Of a stretch of DNA of 64,000 nucleotides, positions 42,798-52,718 are shown piece after piece. The position numbers and the translations under genes are program-made. This DNA is from Candidatus Eiseniibacteriota bacterium. GTDB lineage: Bacteria; Eisenbacteria; RBG-16-71-46. Location of the stretch: assembly GCA_036507005.1 (NCBI GenBank), contig DASXQT010000070.1, forward strand, positions 18,817-82,816, read 5' to 3'. The notes under the pieces are model-generated. The model ran no database searches. It had not been told where the DNA came from and was given only the letters and a program-made list of their open reading frames with translations. Position 1 is the stretch's first letter; each line of letters begins with the position of its first letter.

Positions 42798-43643
42798 ATG
42801 CCCGAGCTGCCCGAAGTCGAGACCGTGCGCCGCATGCTCGAGGCCCACGTGGTGGGACGCACGGTGCGCGCGGTCTCGCTCTCGGGGTTGGCACTCCGCG
42901 AACCAGTCTCGCGCGGCCTCGCACGGGGGCTCAAGGGGCGCGCGATCCGCGGCGTCTCGCGCCGCGGCAAGTTCCTGATGTTCGAGCTCGAGGGCGATCT
43001 CGTGCTCCTCTCCCACCTCGGCATGAGCGGCCGCTGGCTCTTCTTCCAGCCCGCGGGCGAGAGCCTCCCCCACGTGCACGCGCGCATCGGCTTCGCGGAC
43101 GGGAGCGAGCTGTGGTTCCAGGACCCGCGCCGCTTCGGGCTGCTGCGGCTCGTGCGCGCCGAGCGCCTGGCCCGCGACCGCGCGATCGCGGCTCTCGGCC
43201 CCGACCCGATCGCGAGCCCGCCCACGGGCGAGGCCCTCGGGGAGCGCGCCCGCGGGCTCAAGGTGAGCGTCAAGAACTTCCTGCTCGACCAGAAGAAGAT
43301 CTCCGGGATCGGCAACATCTACGCGAGCGAGATCCTGCACCGCGCCCGCGTCGACCCGCGGCGGCGCGCGGGCTCGATCGGCGGGCCCGAGTGGGAGGCG
43401 ATCGCCTCCGGCATCCGGACCGTGCTCGCCGAGGCGATCGCGCGCTCCGGCACCACGTTCAGCATGTACCGCACGCTCTGGAACGAGCCGGGCGCCTACG
43501 GCGAGCAGCTCCGGGTCTACGACCGGGCGCGGGCGCCCTGCCCCCGCTGCGGGACGCCGATCCGCAGGATCGTCCAGGGGCAGCGGGCGACGTTCTTCTG
43601 CCCGAGCTGCCAGTCGCGCCGCGCCTTCGGGCGGGGGTCCTGA
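42798..43643 (+). CDS. mutM: Formamidopyrimidine-DNA glycosylase
   Basis: N-terminal PELPEVE, H2TH region LLDQKKISGIGNIYASEILHRA, and C-terminal zinc finger CPRCGTPIRRIVQGQRATFFCPSCQ. Confidence 0.9.
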   Translation: MPELPEVETVRRMLEAHVVGRTVRAVSLSGLALREPVSRGLARGLKGRAIRGVSRRGKFLMFELEGDLVLLSHLGMSGRWLFFQPAGESLPHVHARIGFADGSELWFQDPRRFGLLRLVRAERLARDRAIAALGPDPIASPPTGEALGERARGLKVSVKNFLLDQKKISGIGNIYASEILHRARVDPRRRAGSIGGPEWEAIASGIRTVLAEAIARSGTTFSMYRTLWNEPGAYGEQLRVYDRARAPCPRCGTPIRRIVQGQRATFFCPSCQSRRAFGRGS

Positions 43644-43867
43644 CCCCTCGACAGGCCCCATCCCCCTCTCCCGGAGGCCCCGTACCCCCCCTCCGGAGCC
43701 GCGTCTTTCGCGGGCCTACGCGATTTTCGTTCGATTCTGCGTAAATTCATTGCCGAAAGGCGCTTCGCACCCTAACCTGTAGCCTAGAAGCGGGTCCCTG
43801 CTCCCCTGGACGGCGGTCGCTACGTAGAACCCGCAAAGCGCCGCCACTCAACCTACACGGAGGTTTC

Positions 43868-45451
43868 GTGTCGTTCGCATCGTTCGGGCTGCCAACCCCG
43901 ATCTTGAAGGGCATTCGCGCCTCGGGCTTCACCGACCCGACTGCCATCCAGAGCCGGGCAATCCCGGTCATCCTGCAGGGGAACGACCTGATCGGCGTCA
44001 CCCAGAGCGGGAGCGGGAAGACCGGGGCCTATTGCATTCCGATCCTGGGGCGCCTGATCGAGAACACCGGGCGCCTCACCGCCCTGGTCCTGGTCCCGAC
44101 CCGCGATCTGGCGAGCTACGTCGAGACGCGCGCCCGCGACTTCGCCCGCTTCACCAACATCCACATGGGCGTGGTGTTCACCGGCGTCCCGATCGCCCCC
44201 CAGGAGCGCACGCTGCGCGATCAGCCCATCGACGTGCTGGTCGCCACCCCGGGAAGGCTGCTCGAGCTCCACGCCCGCGGCGCGGTCAACTTCGAGGACA
44301 TCGAGATCCTGGTGCTCGACGAGGCCGACCGCATGGTGGCGCTCGGCCTCGCGCCCGACCTCCGCAAGCTGCTCAAGCTCCTGCCCGAGACCCGCCAGAC
44401 GCTGATGTTCACGGTGAACATGCCGCCCGAGCTGAACCGGCTCGCCAAGGAGGCGCTGATCGAGCCGGTGCGCGTGGACATGGCCCCGCCCGCCAAGCCC
44501 AGCACCGGGATCACGCAGGCGGTCTACCCGGTGCCCAAGGAGCTGAAACCCGATCTGCTCGACGAGATGCTGTCGCGGGCCGAGGTGCGGAGCACGGTCC
44601 TCCTCTGCCGCTCGCGGGCCGCGTCCGAGCGCGTCGCCAAGCAGCTCCAGCGCCGCGGCTACACCGTGGCGATCCTGGACGAGCACCCGAGCCAGGGCGA
44701 GCGCGAGCAGGCGCTCGAGGACCTGCTGCGCGGGCGCATCCAGATCCTGGTCGCGAGCGACGCGTCGGCGCGCAGCCTCGATGTGACCGGAGCCTCGCAC
44801 GTGATCAACTTCGACGTGCCCCAGACCCCGGAGGACTACGTCCACCGCCTGGGGCGCGCGGGACGCGTCGAGGCCGTGGGCGACGTCTTCACGCTCATGA
44901 GCCCCGAGGAGCAGGAGGGCATGGCGGCGATCGAGCGCCTGCTCGGGCGCGCGATCCCGCGCGTCATGCTCCCCGACTTCGACTACGGCATGCACCCGGG
45001 CGAGCTCAAGCGCGTGGTGAGCTACGACGAGCAGATGGGGCCGGCCGGAGCGCTGAGCGAGGGCGGCGTGGCGGTCGCCGCGACCCGCATCGCGGCGGTG
45101 CCGCGCGCGGGGAGGAACGGCCACGGCGTGGTGCGCGGCGCGGCCAAGCCCGCAGCGCACGGGTCGGGAGCGGCGCGCGGCTCGGCAGCGGTGCGCAGCG
45201 CGGCGAAGCCCGCGGCGCGCGGCTCGGCAGCGGTGCGCGGCGCGGCGAAGCCCGCGGCGCACGGCTCGGGCGGCTCGGGAATGGCGCGCGCCGCGGGCAG
45301 CAACTCGAAGCGTCCCGCCTCGGGTACGCGCCCCAAGGCGAACGTCCGCGCCAAGGCGAGCCCGGCGAAGAAGTCGCGCCCGCGGCCCAGCCGTTCGATG
45401 AAGCTGGCGCGAGGCAAGAGCGCCCGGCGCCCGGCGGGGCGCGGCCGCTAG
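43868..45451 (+). CDS. DEAD-box ATP-dependent RNA helicase (RhlE-like) with basic Ala/Lys/Arg-rich repeat tail
   Basis: Q motif FTDPTAIQ, motif I TQSGSGKT, motif II VLDEADRM and motif VI HRLGRAGR. Motif III reads TVN where SAT is expected. The C-terminal tail contains 45-bp tandem repeats. Confidence 0.85.
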   Translation: MSFASFGLPTPILKGIRASGFTDPTAIQSRAIPVILQGNDLIGVTQSGSGKTGAYCIPILGRLIENTGRLTALVLVPTRDLASYVETRARDFARFTNIHMGVVFTGVPIAPQERTLRDQPIDVLVATPGRLLELHARGAVNFEDIEILVLDEADRMVALGLAPDLRKLLKLLPETRQTLMFTVNMPPELNRLAKEALIEPVRVDMAPPAKPSTGITQAVYPVPKELKPDLLDEMLSRAEVRSTVLLCRSRAASERVAKQLQRRGYTVAILDEHPSQGEREQALEDLLRGRIQILVASDASARSLDVTGASHVINFDVPQTPEDYVHRLGRAGRVEAVGDVFTLMSPEEQEGMAAIERLLGRAIPRVMLPDFDYGMHPGELKRVVSYDEQMGPAGALSEGGVAVAATRIAAVPRAGRNGHGVVRGAAKPAAHGSGAARGSAAVRSAAKPAARGSAAVRGAAKPAAHGSGGSGMARAAGSNSKRPASGTRPKANVRAKASPAKKSRPRPSRSMKLARGKSARRPAGRGR

Positions 45452-47550
45452 CGGCGCACGGCCGCGCGCGCCGCGGCCGCGGCTTCGCGGTCGCCGAGGC
45501 GATCGTAGAGGTCGGCCATGGCGCGGCGCGTCGAGTCATCCCCCGCCACTCCGATTGCCGGCCGCCACGTGGCCGCCGCCTCGGCTTCGCGGCCGAGCCG
45601 GAGCTGGACCCAGCCGAGCCCGATCCGGTAGCGCGGCTGGCCGGGATCGAGCGCCAGCGCCTGCGAGTAGGCGCCCTCCGCCTCGGCGAGCCGGCCCAGC
45701 TCGCGCAGCGCCTCCCCCGCGAGTGCCCAGCCCATGGTGTCGCGCGGCTCCGCGCGGGTCGCGCGCCCGGCCTGCGCGAGCGCTTCCGCCCAGCGGCCCT
45801 CGTCGAGGGCGTAGGCGGCGAGCAGGTTCCGGTCGCGCACGCCCACCGAGTCGGGGTTCGCGAGCGCCACCACGCGCACCCAGTGCACGCGGCTCGCGAT
45901 CGGGTCGCCGAACCACGCCGGATCGCGGCCGAAGTCGGCGCCGATCCGGTAGACCACGCTCGCATGCTCGTCGGTGACGTGCACGGCCGAGAGCCCGGGG
46001 ACCGCCGAGGTGGTGTCGAGCAGGTAGGAGAAGTCCGGCCGGATCTGGACCTCGAGCCACGAGTAGTAGAGGAACCTCGCATCCTGCCGCCGGCAGTGGT
46101 CGGCCAGCTCGCCGAGCGTCGCCAAGCGCGGGAAGGAGGTGACGGCGAGCCCCGAGTAGTAGCCGATGTGCCCCTTGCGGCTCACCACCCGATCGCCCGG
46201 CGCGGCGGCTTGCTTCAGCGCGCGGCCGGCCTCGATCACCTCGATCGGCACCTGCGTCGCGGCGCGCGCTTGGTCGCTCGCGTTCCGTCCGAGGGCGAGC
46301 GCGATCGGGAGCAGCGCGACGAGCGGCTTGAGCGGGACGCCCGCGCGGCCCGCGAGCAGGGCGTAGCGCGGCGAGGCGATCGCCGCGCCGGCGAGCGAGA
46401 GGTAGAACGGCGCGACCGGCAGCGAGTAGCGGGCGCTGTAGAAGATCGGCACGAGCGCGAGGAAGAGCGCGGCGCCCGGGATCGCGAGCGCCGCGAGCCC
46501 GCGCGGGCGGCGCTCGAGGAGCAGGAGCGCGAGGCCGAGGATCGAGAGCGCCGCGAGCGGCCAGCCGAGCAGCTCGCCCGCGTCCCTCGCCAGGTGCTCC
46601 GGGATCGCGCGCAGCCATCCGAGCGCGAGCGACCCCGCGTCGCGCCTCACCAGCTCGCCGAACGAGGTCGTGGGCGGTGCCGCGCCCGAGAAGTCGCCAG
46701 GCCAGTCCTGGGTGTTGCGCCAGGCATCGGGCGTCGCGTAGTAGACGAAGTTCCGCGCCAGCATGCTGCCGGGGACCTGCCCATGGGCGAGCGAGTACGC
46801 GAGCCAGGGAGCGGCGACGATCGCGAAGCCCGCCGCGAAGAGCAGCGCAACGCGCTTGCGCGAGGCGCCTTCCTGCACCCAGCCCCAGGCCACGCAGAGC
46901 AGCCCCGCGGGCAGCAGAGCGAGCGCGCTGTAGCGCGTGAGCGCGGCCAGCGCCGCGAGCGCGCCGGAAGCGAGCGGGGCGTACCGCCCGCGCGCGCCGA
47001 GCAGGGCGAAGAGGCACGCCGCCTCGAGGCACGCGGCGAGCATGTCGGTGGTGGCCGAGTACCCGTAGCGCGTGAAGTGCGTGTTGACCGCGAGCAGGAC
47101 CACGGTCCAGAACCCCGTCGTAGCGCCCGCGAGCCGCGCGAGCAGCGCGAGCCACAGCAGAATCGCCCCGCACGCCGCCGCGACCGAGAGCAGCTTGGCG
47201 GCCGTGAAGAGATCGGGCACGGCGAGGCCGACCAGGGCGACCGCGGCGTCGTAGACCGGCCCCACGACGATGTAGCGCGAGACGTCGAGCCGACCATGGC
47301 GGATGAGCGCGGCTCCCTCGGCGTAGCCGCCGTAGAAGTCGCTCTCGGTGAGGTAGTCGCCGACCGGGTGGCGCGCGATCGCGATCCAGAGGAGCACCGC
47401 TCCCACGGCCGCGATCACGAGCCACGCGGCGGGCATCGCCCAGCGCGGATCGCCGCCGCCCGGCGGAGCGTGGAGCTGGATCGGCGGGGGCGCCGCCGGA
47501 GCCTGCGGCGAGCGCGGAGACTTGCGGGCCGGTCCGCCTGCGGCGGTCAT
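45448..47550 (-). CDS. Polytopic GT-C-fold (family 39/83-like) membrane glycosyltransferase with C-terminal TPR domain
   Basis: The N-terminal half has about 10 TM segments and an acidic first loop (TESDFYGGY). The C-terminal TPR-like repeats read ALAGEALRELGRLAEAEGAYSQALALDP. ATG 47550 overlaps the alaX stop. Confidence 0.55.
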   Translation of the reverse strand: MTAAGGPARKSPRSPQAPAAPPPIQLHAPPGGGDPRWAMPAAWLVIAAVGAVLLWIAIARHPVGDYLTESDFYGGYAEGAALIRHGRLDVSRYIVVGPVYDAAVALVGLAVPDLFTAAKLLSVAAACGAILLWLALLARLAGATTGFWTVVLLAVNTHFTRYGYSATTDMLAACLEAACLFALLGARGRYAPLASGALAALAALTRYSALALLPAGLLCVAWGWVQEGASRKRVALLFAAGFAIVAAPWLAYSLAHGQVPGSMLARNFVYYATPDAWRNTQDWPGDFSGAAPPTTSFGELVRRDAGSLALGWLRAIPEHLARDAGELLGWPLAALSILGLALLLLERRPRGLAALAIPGAALFLALVPIFYSARYSLPVAPFYLSLAGAAIASPRYALLAGRAGVPLKPLVALLPIALALGRNASDQARAATQVPIEVIEAGRALKQAAAPGDRVVSRKGHIGYYSGLAVTSFPRLATLGELADHCRRQDARFLYYSWLEVQIRPDFSYLLDTTSAVPGLSAVHVTDEHASVVYRIGADFGRDPAWFGDPIASRVHWVRVVALANPDSVGVRDRNLLAAYALDEGRWAEALAQAGRATRAEPRDTMGWALAGEALRELGRLAEAEGAYSQALALDPGQPRYRIGLGWVQLRLGREAEAAATWRPAIGVAGDDSTRRAMADLYDRLGDREAAAAARAAVRR

Positions 47551-48734
47551 CCGCGGGCGAGCCGCGCCGCGGCCTGCTGCCAAGCCTCCTCGGCCTTCGC
47601 GGCGTCGGCGGCAGCGATCTGGACGAAATCCGGCGCGCCGCCGCCCTTGCCCTGGGCGAGCGCGAGCAGGTCGGGGAGCATCGCCTTGAGGTCCAGGCCC
47701 GCGCCCTTCGCGCGCCCCACGATCAGCGCGGGCTCGGGCGCCGCGACGCCCAGCACCACCCATGGCGCACCCGCCTCCAGGCACTTGAGCGCCAGCGTGC
47801 GCAGCTCGTCGCGCGCGCGCTCGGGGAAGAACTCGGAGACCGCGCGCGGCGGATCGCCCGTGCGCTCGCGCGCCTCGGCCGCCACCGCGCGCGCGGTCAG
47901 CTCGCGCAGGCGCTTGGCCAGCTCGTCGCGCTCGGCCGCGGCGCGCTCCAGATGCGCGATCAGCTCGCGGTCCTTGAGCGTGCGCCGCTTCGCCGCCTCG
48001 AGCAGCGCCTCGGTGCGCCAGGCGTGGTCGCGCAGCGCGCGCGCTCCGCACAGGAACTCGAAGCGCAGGTTGCCGCGCACCTTCTCCCAGCGCACGATCT
48101 TGATGGTCCCCACCTCGCCGGTGCGGCGCGTGTGGGTGCCGCCGCAGGCCGAGACGTCCCAGTCCGGGATCTCGACGATGCGGATCCGCCCGCTCACCGC
48201 CGGAGGCTTGCGCAGCGCGAAGCGCTTGACGCCCTCGTCGTCCACCCAGTGGCGCTCGATCGGGCGGTCCTCCCACACCACGCGGTTCGCGGCCTCCTCG
48301 ATCCGCTCCACGGTGCGCCAGTCGGTGTCCCCGAGCGCGAGCTCGATCGAGCTTCGCTCCTCGCCGAGATGGGAGGAGAGCGTGGCGGCGTCCAGCACGC
48401 GCTCGAACGCGGCGGAGAGCACGTGCTGGCCGGTGTGCTGCTGCATGTGGTCGAAGCGCCGCGCCCAGTCCACCTCGGCCTCCGCCTCGCCCGCGGGCGG
48501 GGCGGCGTCCGCGGCAATCACGTGCCACACGCGCCCGTCGTCGCCGGCCTGGACGTCGAGCACCGGCACGCGCCCGATCGCGCCGCGGTCCGCCTCCTGC
48601 CCGCCGCTCTCGGGATAGAAGTACGTGGCCTCGAGCTCGAGAGCCGGGCGCCCGCGGTGCGAGCCCGCGCCCAGCACGCGGGCCGTGAAGCGCGTGGTGT
48701 AGGCGTCGTCGTAGTCGAGGCGGACGGTGGGCAC
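47547..48734 (-). CDS. alaX: Alanyl-tRNA editing protein (AlaX-L type)
   Basis: HTGQH (HxxxH) and CGGTH zinc/editing motifs of the Thr/Ala-tRNA synthetase second additional domain. The C-terminal part is DHHA1-like. GTG start at 48734. Confidence 0.75.
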   Translation of the reverse strand: MPTVRLDYDDAYTTRFTARVLGAGSHRGRPALELEATYFYPESGGQEADRGAIGRVPVLDVQAGDDGRVWHVIAADAAPPAGEAEAEVDWARRFDHMQQHTGQHVLSAAFERVLDAATLSSHLGEERSSIELALGDTDWRTVERIEEAANRVVWEDRPIERHWVDDEGVKRFALRKPPAVSGRIRIVEIPDWDVSACGGTHTRRTGEVGTIKIVRWEKVRGNLRFEFLCGARALRDHAWRTEALLEAAKRRTLKDRELIAHLERAAAERDELAKRLRELTARAVAAEARERTGDPPRAVSEFFPERARDELRTLALKCLEAGAPWVVLGVAAPEPALIVGRAKGAGLDLKAMLPDLLALAQGKGGGAPDFVQIAAADAAKAEEAWQQAAARLARG

Positions 48735-49883
<1,149 letters not shown>

Positions 49884-49995
49884 GTGGGACGGGCCACGGG
49901 GACCAGATTTGCGGCCGATCACGGGCGGCATGTTTCAAAATGCCACGCTTGGAGGCGGCGCGTCAAGCGCCCGCACGACAAATGGGGCGGGGCGC

Positions 49996-50925
49996 TCAGG
50001 CGGGCTCGGTCTCGACCGGCTCCATCGGCGACTCGGATCGGGCCGGGCTGGGCTGGATCGGGTCGGCCACGGCAGCCGCCAGCGCGTCGGGAGTTCCGGG
50101 CTCGGCGGCGGCAGGCGGCGCCGGCGCCTCCCCCTCCCGCATCGGCTCCGACGCGGGAGCTGCGGCTTCGGCGTACATGGGACCCACCTCGACGCCGGGT
50201 GAATCGATCTCCGAAAGGCGCAGGTAGAAGAAGGTCCAGGCGTAGAGCACGATCGGCGTCCAGGCCGCGAAGAGCAGCAGCGCGGCGGTGAACCACCAGC
50301 GCGGCACGGGGTCCGAGCCGATCAACGTCCGCATCGCGATCGCGAACCACACCAGGATCACGGGAAGCGCGGAGGCGATGCAGAGCTCGAGCCAGCGCTC
50401 GAAGCGCCGGGTCGAGAGCCGGAACGAGCGCTCGAAGGCGGCGGAGAGATGGGGCTCGTCGAGGGTGACGGCCTCGGCGGCGAGCGAGAGCCGGTAGCCG
50501 AGCACGATGCCGGGGACGATGAAGAAGAGGAGCCCGAACGCCGCCCCCAGGTTGCGCACCACCTCGGTCACGACCAGCCAGGGCAGGCGCGCGAGCCCGC
50601 GCGCGTAGCAGTCGAGCGCGGGCGCGGGCCGGGTGCCGGGCGCGGCGTCGAACACCGAGCGCGCGCGCAGGCGCAGCATGGCGCTGGTGATCGTGAGCGT
50701 CAGGTAGTCGCCGAGGAGCGCCAGGCTCCCGAGCAGCACGGCGCGGCGCGGGCCCTCGGATTCGTCGCCGGGCGAGAGCAGCGCGATCGTCAGGATCCAC
50801 GGGGCGCGCAGCAGTACCGGGACCACGATCGACTGGAGCGGATCGCGGCGCAGGGCGAGGTCGAGCGCCAGCGCGAGCGCGCGGCGGGTCGAGACGGGCG
50901 GGCGTTCGCGAAACGGGGTGGACAT
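49996..50925 (-). CDS. Hypothetical polytopic membrane protein with acidic/Pro-rich C-terminal tail
   Basis: 309 aa with about 6 hydrophobic segments. No family was recognised by eye. Confidence 0.5.
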   Translation of the reverse strand: MSTPFRERPPVSTRRALALALDLALRRDPLQSIVVPVLLRAPWILTIALLSPGDESEGPRRAVLLGSLALLGDYLTLTITSAMLRLRARSVFDAAPGTRPAPALDCYARGLARLPWLVVTEVVRNLGAAFGLLFFIVPGIVLGYRLSLAAEAVTLDEPHLSAAFERSFRLSTRRFERWLELCIASALPVILVWFAIAMRTLIGSDPVPRWWFTAALLLFAAWTPIVLYAWTFFYLRLSEIDSPGVEVGPMYAEAAAPASEPMREGEAPAPPAAAEPGTPDALAAAVADPIQPSPARSESPMEPVETEPA

Positions 50926-50955
50926 GGAGTTGGCCCGCGCGGAACGCGGGCCAAA

Positions 50956-50987
50956 TTGACACTAGGAGCGGCCCTCACTAGTGTCAA
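50956..50987. promoter_or_regulatory. Perfect palindrome forming two overlapping divergent promoter candidates
   Basis: TTGACACTAG-N12-CTAGTGTCAA. On each strand it reads TTGACA-N17-TAGTGT. The plus-strand version sits 8 nt before ATG 50993 of moaC. The minus-strand version faces the membrane-protein gene. Confidence 0.45.
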
Positions 50988-50992
50988 GCGCC

Positions 50993-51475
50993 ATGCCCCG
51001 CAGGCTCTCGCACCTCACGGACGCAGGCGAATTCCGCATGGTGGACGTGAGCGCGAAGCCGGTCAGCGCGCGCGAGGCGGTGGCCCGCGGGCGGGTGTAC
51101 ATGCACCGCGAGACGCTCGCCCTGGTGCGCGAAGATCGAGCCGCCAAGGGCAACGTGCTCGCCGCCGCCCACCTCGCGGGCGTGATGGCCGCCAAGCGCA
51201 CCGGAACGCTCATCCCCCTCGCCCACAACCTGCCGATCGACAGCGTCGAGATGGCGTTCTCGCTCGACGACCCGACCTCGTCGGTCGGGATCGAGTCGCG
51301 CGTCCGCACCCGCGGGCGCACCGGCGTCGAGATGGAGGCGCTCACGGCGGTGATGGCCGCGGCGCTCACGCTCTACGACATGCTCAAGGCGGCCGACCGC
51401 GGCATGGTGATGGGCGAGTTCGCGCTGTGGGAGAAGCGCGGAGGCCGAAGTGGCGTCTACCGCCGCCGGGGCTGA
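50993..51475 (+). CDS. moaC: Cyclic pyranopterin monophosphate synthase
   Basis: LTHLD-like LSHLTDAGEFRMVDVSAK, TGTLIPLAHNLPI and GVEMEALTAVMAAALTLYDM are typical MoaC blocks. ATG 50993 is preferred to the GTG at 50981. Confidence 0.9.
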   Translation: MPRRLSHLTDAGEFRMVDVSAKPVSAREAVARGRVYMHRETLALVREDRAAKGNVLAAAHLAGVMAAKRTGTLIPLAHNLPIDSVEMAFSLDDPTSSVGIESRVRTRGRTGVEMEALTAVMAAALTLYDMLKAADRGMVMGEFALWEKRGGRSGVYRRRG

Positions 51476-52709
51476 GAGCCTCTCCTACCCCGAGGCCCGC
51501 GCGCGCGTGCTCGAGGCCGCGCGGCCGCTTCCCGAGACCACGATCCCGCTCGCCGAGGGCCGCGGGCGCGCGCTCCGCCGCCGGGTGACGGCGCCCCACG
51601 CGCTCCCCCCCTTCCGCAACTCGTCCATGGACGGCTTCGCGGTGCGCGCCGCGGACCTCGCGCGCGCGAGCCGCGAGGCCCCCGCGCTGCTCCCTTTGGC
51701 CGGGACGCTGGCGGCGGGCAGCGTGTTCGCCCGCGCGCTCGCGCCCGGCGAAGCGCTCAAGATCATGACCGGCGCCATGCTCCCCGAGGGAGCGGACGCG
51801 GTGATTCCGGTCGAGGAGGCCGAGGCCATGAGCGCGCCCGACGGTGCCTCGCGGGTGCGCATCGCGCGCCCGGCGCGCCCGCGCGAGAACGTGCGCGAGG
51901 CCGGGCTCGACCTCGCGGCCGGGGCGGTGGCGCTCGAACCGGGGCGCGAGCTCTCGGCCCACGATCTCGCGCTGCTCGCCTCGCTCGGACAGACGCGCAT
52001 CGCGGTGGGGCCGCGGGCCAAGGCCGCGGTGCTCTCCACCGGCGACGAGCTGCTCGAAGTGGACGAGCCGCTCCGGCCGGGAGCGATCCGCGACAGCAAC
52101 CGGCTCATGCTCGGCGCGCTCCTCGAGGAGTGCGGGGCGCAGGTGGTGGCCTCGCGGCGCCTGCCCGACGATCCCGCGCGCGTGGCCGAGGGTCTCGTCC
52201 GCTCGCTCGAGGTCGCGGACGTGGTGCTCACCGTGGGCGGCGTCTCGGCCGGCGACTTCGACCCGGTCAAGCTCGCGCTTCCCGAGGTGGGCGAGATCGC
52301 GCTGTGGCGCGTGGCGATGAAGCCCGGCCGCCCGCAGGCGTTCGGCGTGCCGGGCGGCCGGCTCTACTTCGGGCTGCCCGGGAACCCGGCCTCGGTGGCG
52401 TGCGTGTTCGAGGCGCTGGTGCGGCCCGCGCTGCGGAAGCTCATGGGGTTCGCCTCGCTCGACCGCCCGCGGATCCCGGTGCGGGCCGCGGAGCGCATCG
52501 AGTCGCGCGCGGGGCGCACCGACTTCGTACGCGTCACGCTCGAGCGCCGCGGCGAGGCGTGGTGGGCGAAGCCCGCGGGCGACCAGACCTCGGGGCACGT
52601 CTCGCCGCAGTCGCGCGCGCATGCGCTGCTCGTGGTGCCCGGCGAAACGCCGGCGCTGGAGGAAGGCGGGACCGCCGAGGCCCTGCTCCTGCGCTGGCCC
52701 GATTCGTAG
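51450..52709 (+). CDS. moeA: Molybdopterin molybdenumtransferase
   Basis: PPFRNSSMDGFAV and the GVSAGDFD and GLPGNPAS blocks are typical of MoeA. The GTG start at 51450 overlaps the moaC end. The start is uncertain. Confidence 0.85.
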   Translation: MASTAAGAESLSYPEARARVLEAARPLPETTIPLAEGRGRALRRRVTAPHALPPFRNSSMDGFAVRAADLARASREAPALLPLAGTLAAGSVFARALAPGEALKIMTGAMLPEGADAVIPVEEAEAMSAPDGASRVRIARPARPRENVREAGLDLAAGAVALEPGRELSAHDLALLASLGQTRIAVGPRAKAAVLSTGDELLEVDEPLRPGAIRDSNRLMLGALLEECGAQVVASRRLPDDPARVAEGLVRSLEVADVVLTVGGVSAGDFDPVKLALPEVGEIALWRVAMKPGRPQAFGVPGGRLYFGLPGNPASVACVFEALVRPALRKLMGFASLDRPRIPVRAAERIESRAGRTDFVRVTLERRGEAWWAKPAGDQTSGHVSPQSRAHALLVVPGETPALEEGGTAEALLLRWPDS

Positions 52710-52718
52710 GCGCGGCGT

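Noticed and set aside
44032-48618. 1528-aa plus-strand ORF spanning the helicase, GT-C/TPR and alaX loci.
   Set aside because: It is off-frame relative to the DEAD-box gene and antisense to two recognisable genes, and its composition is low-complexity.
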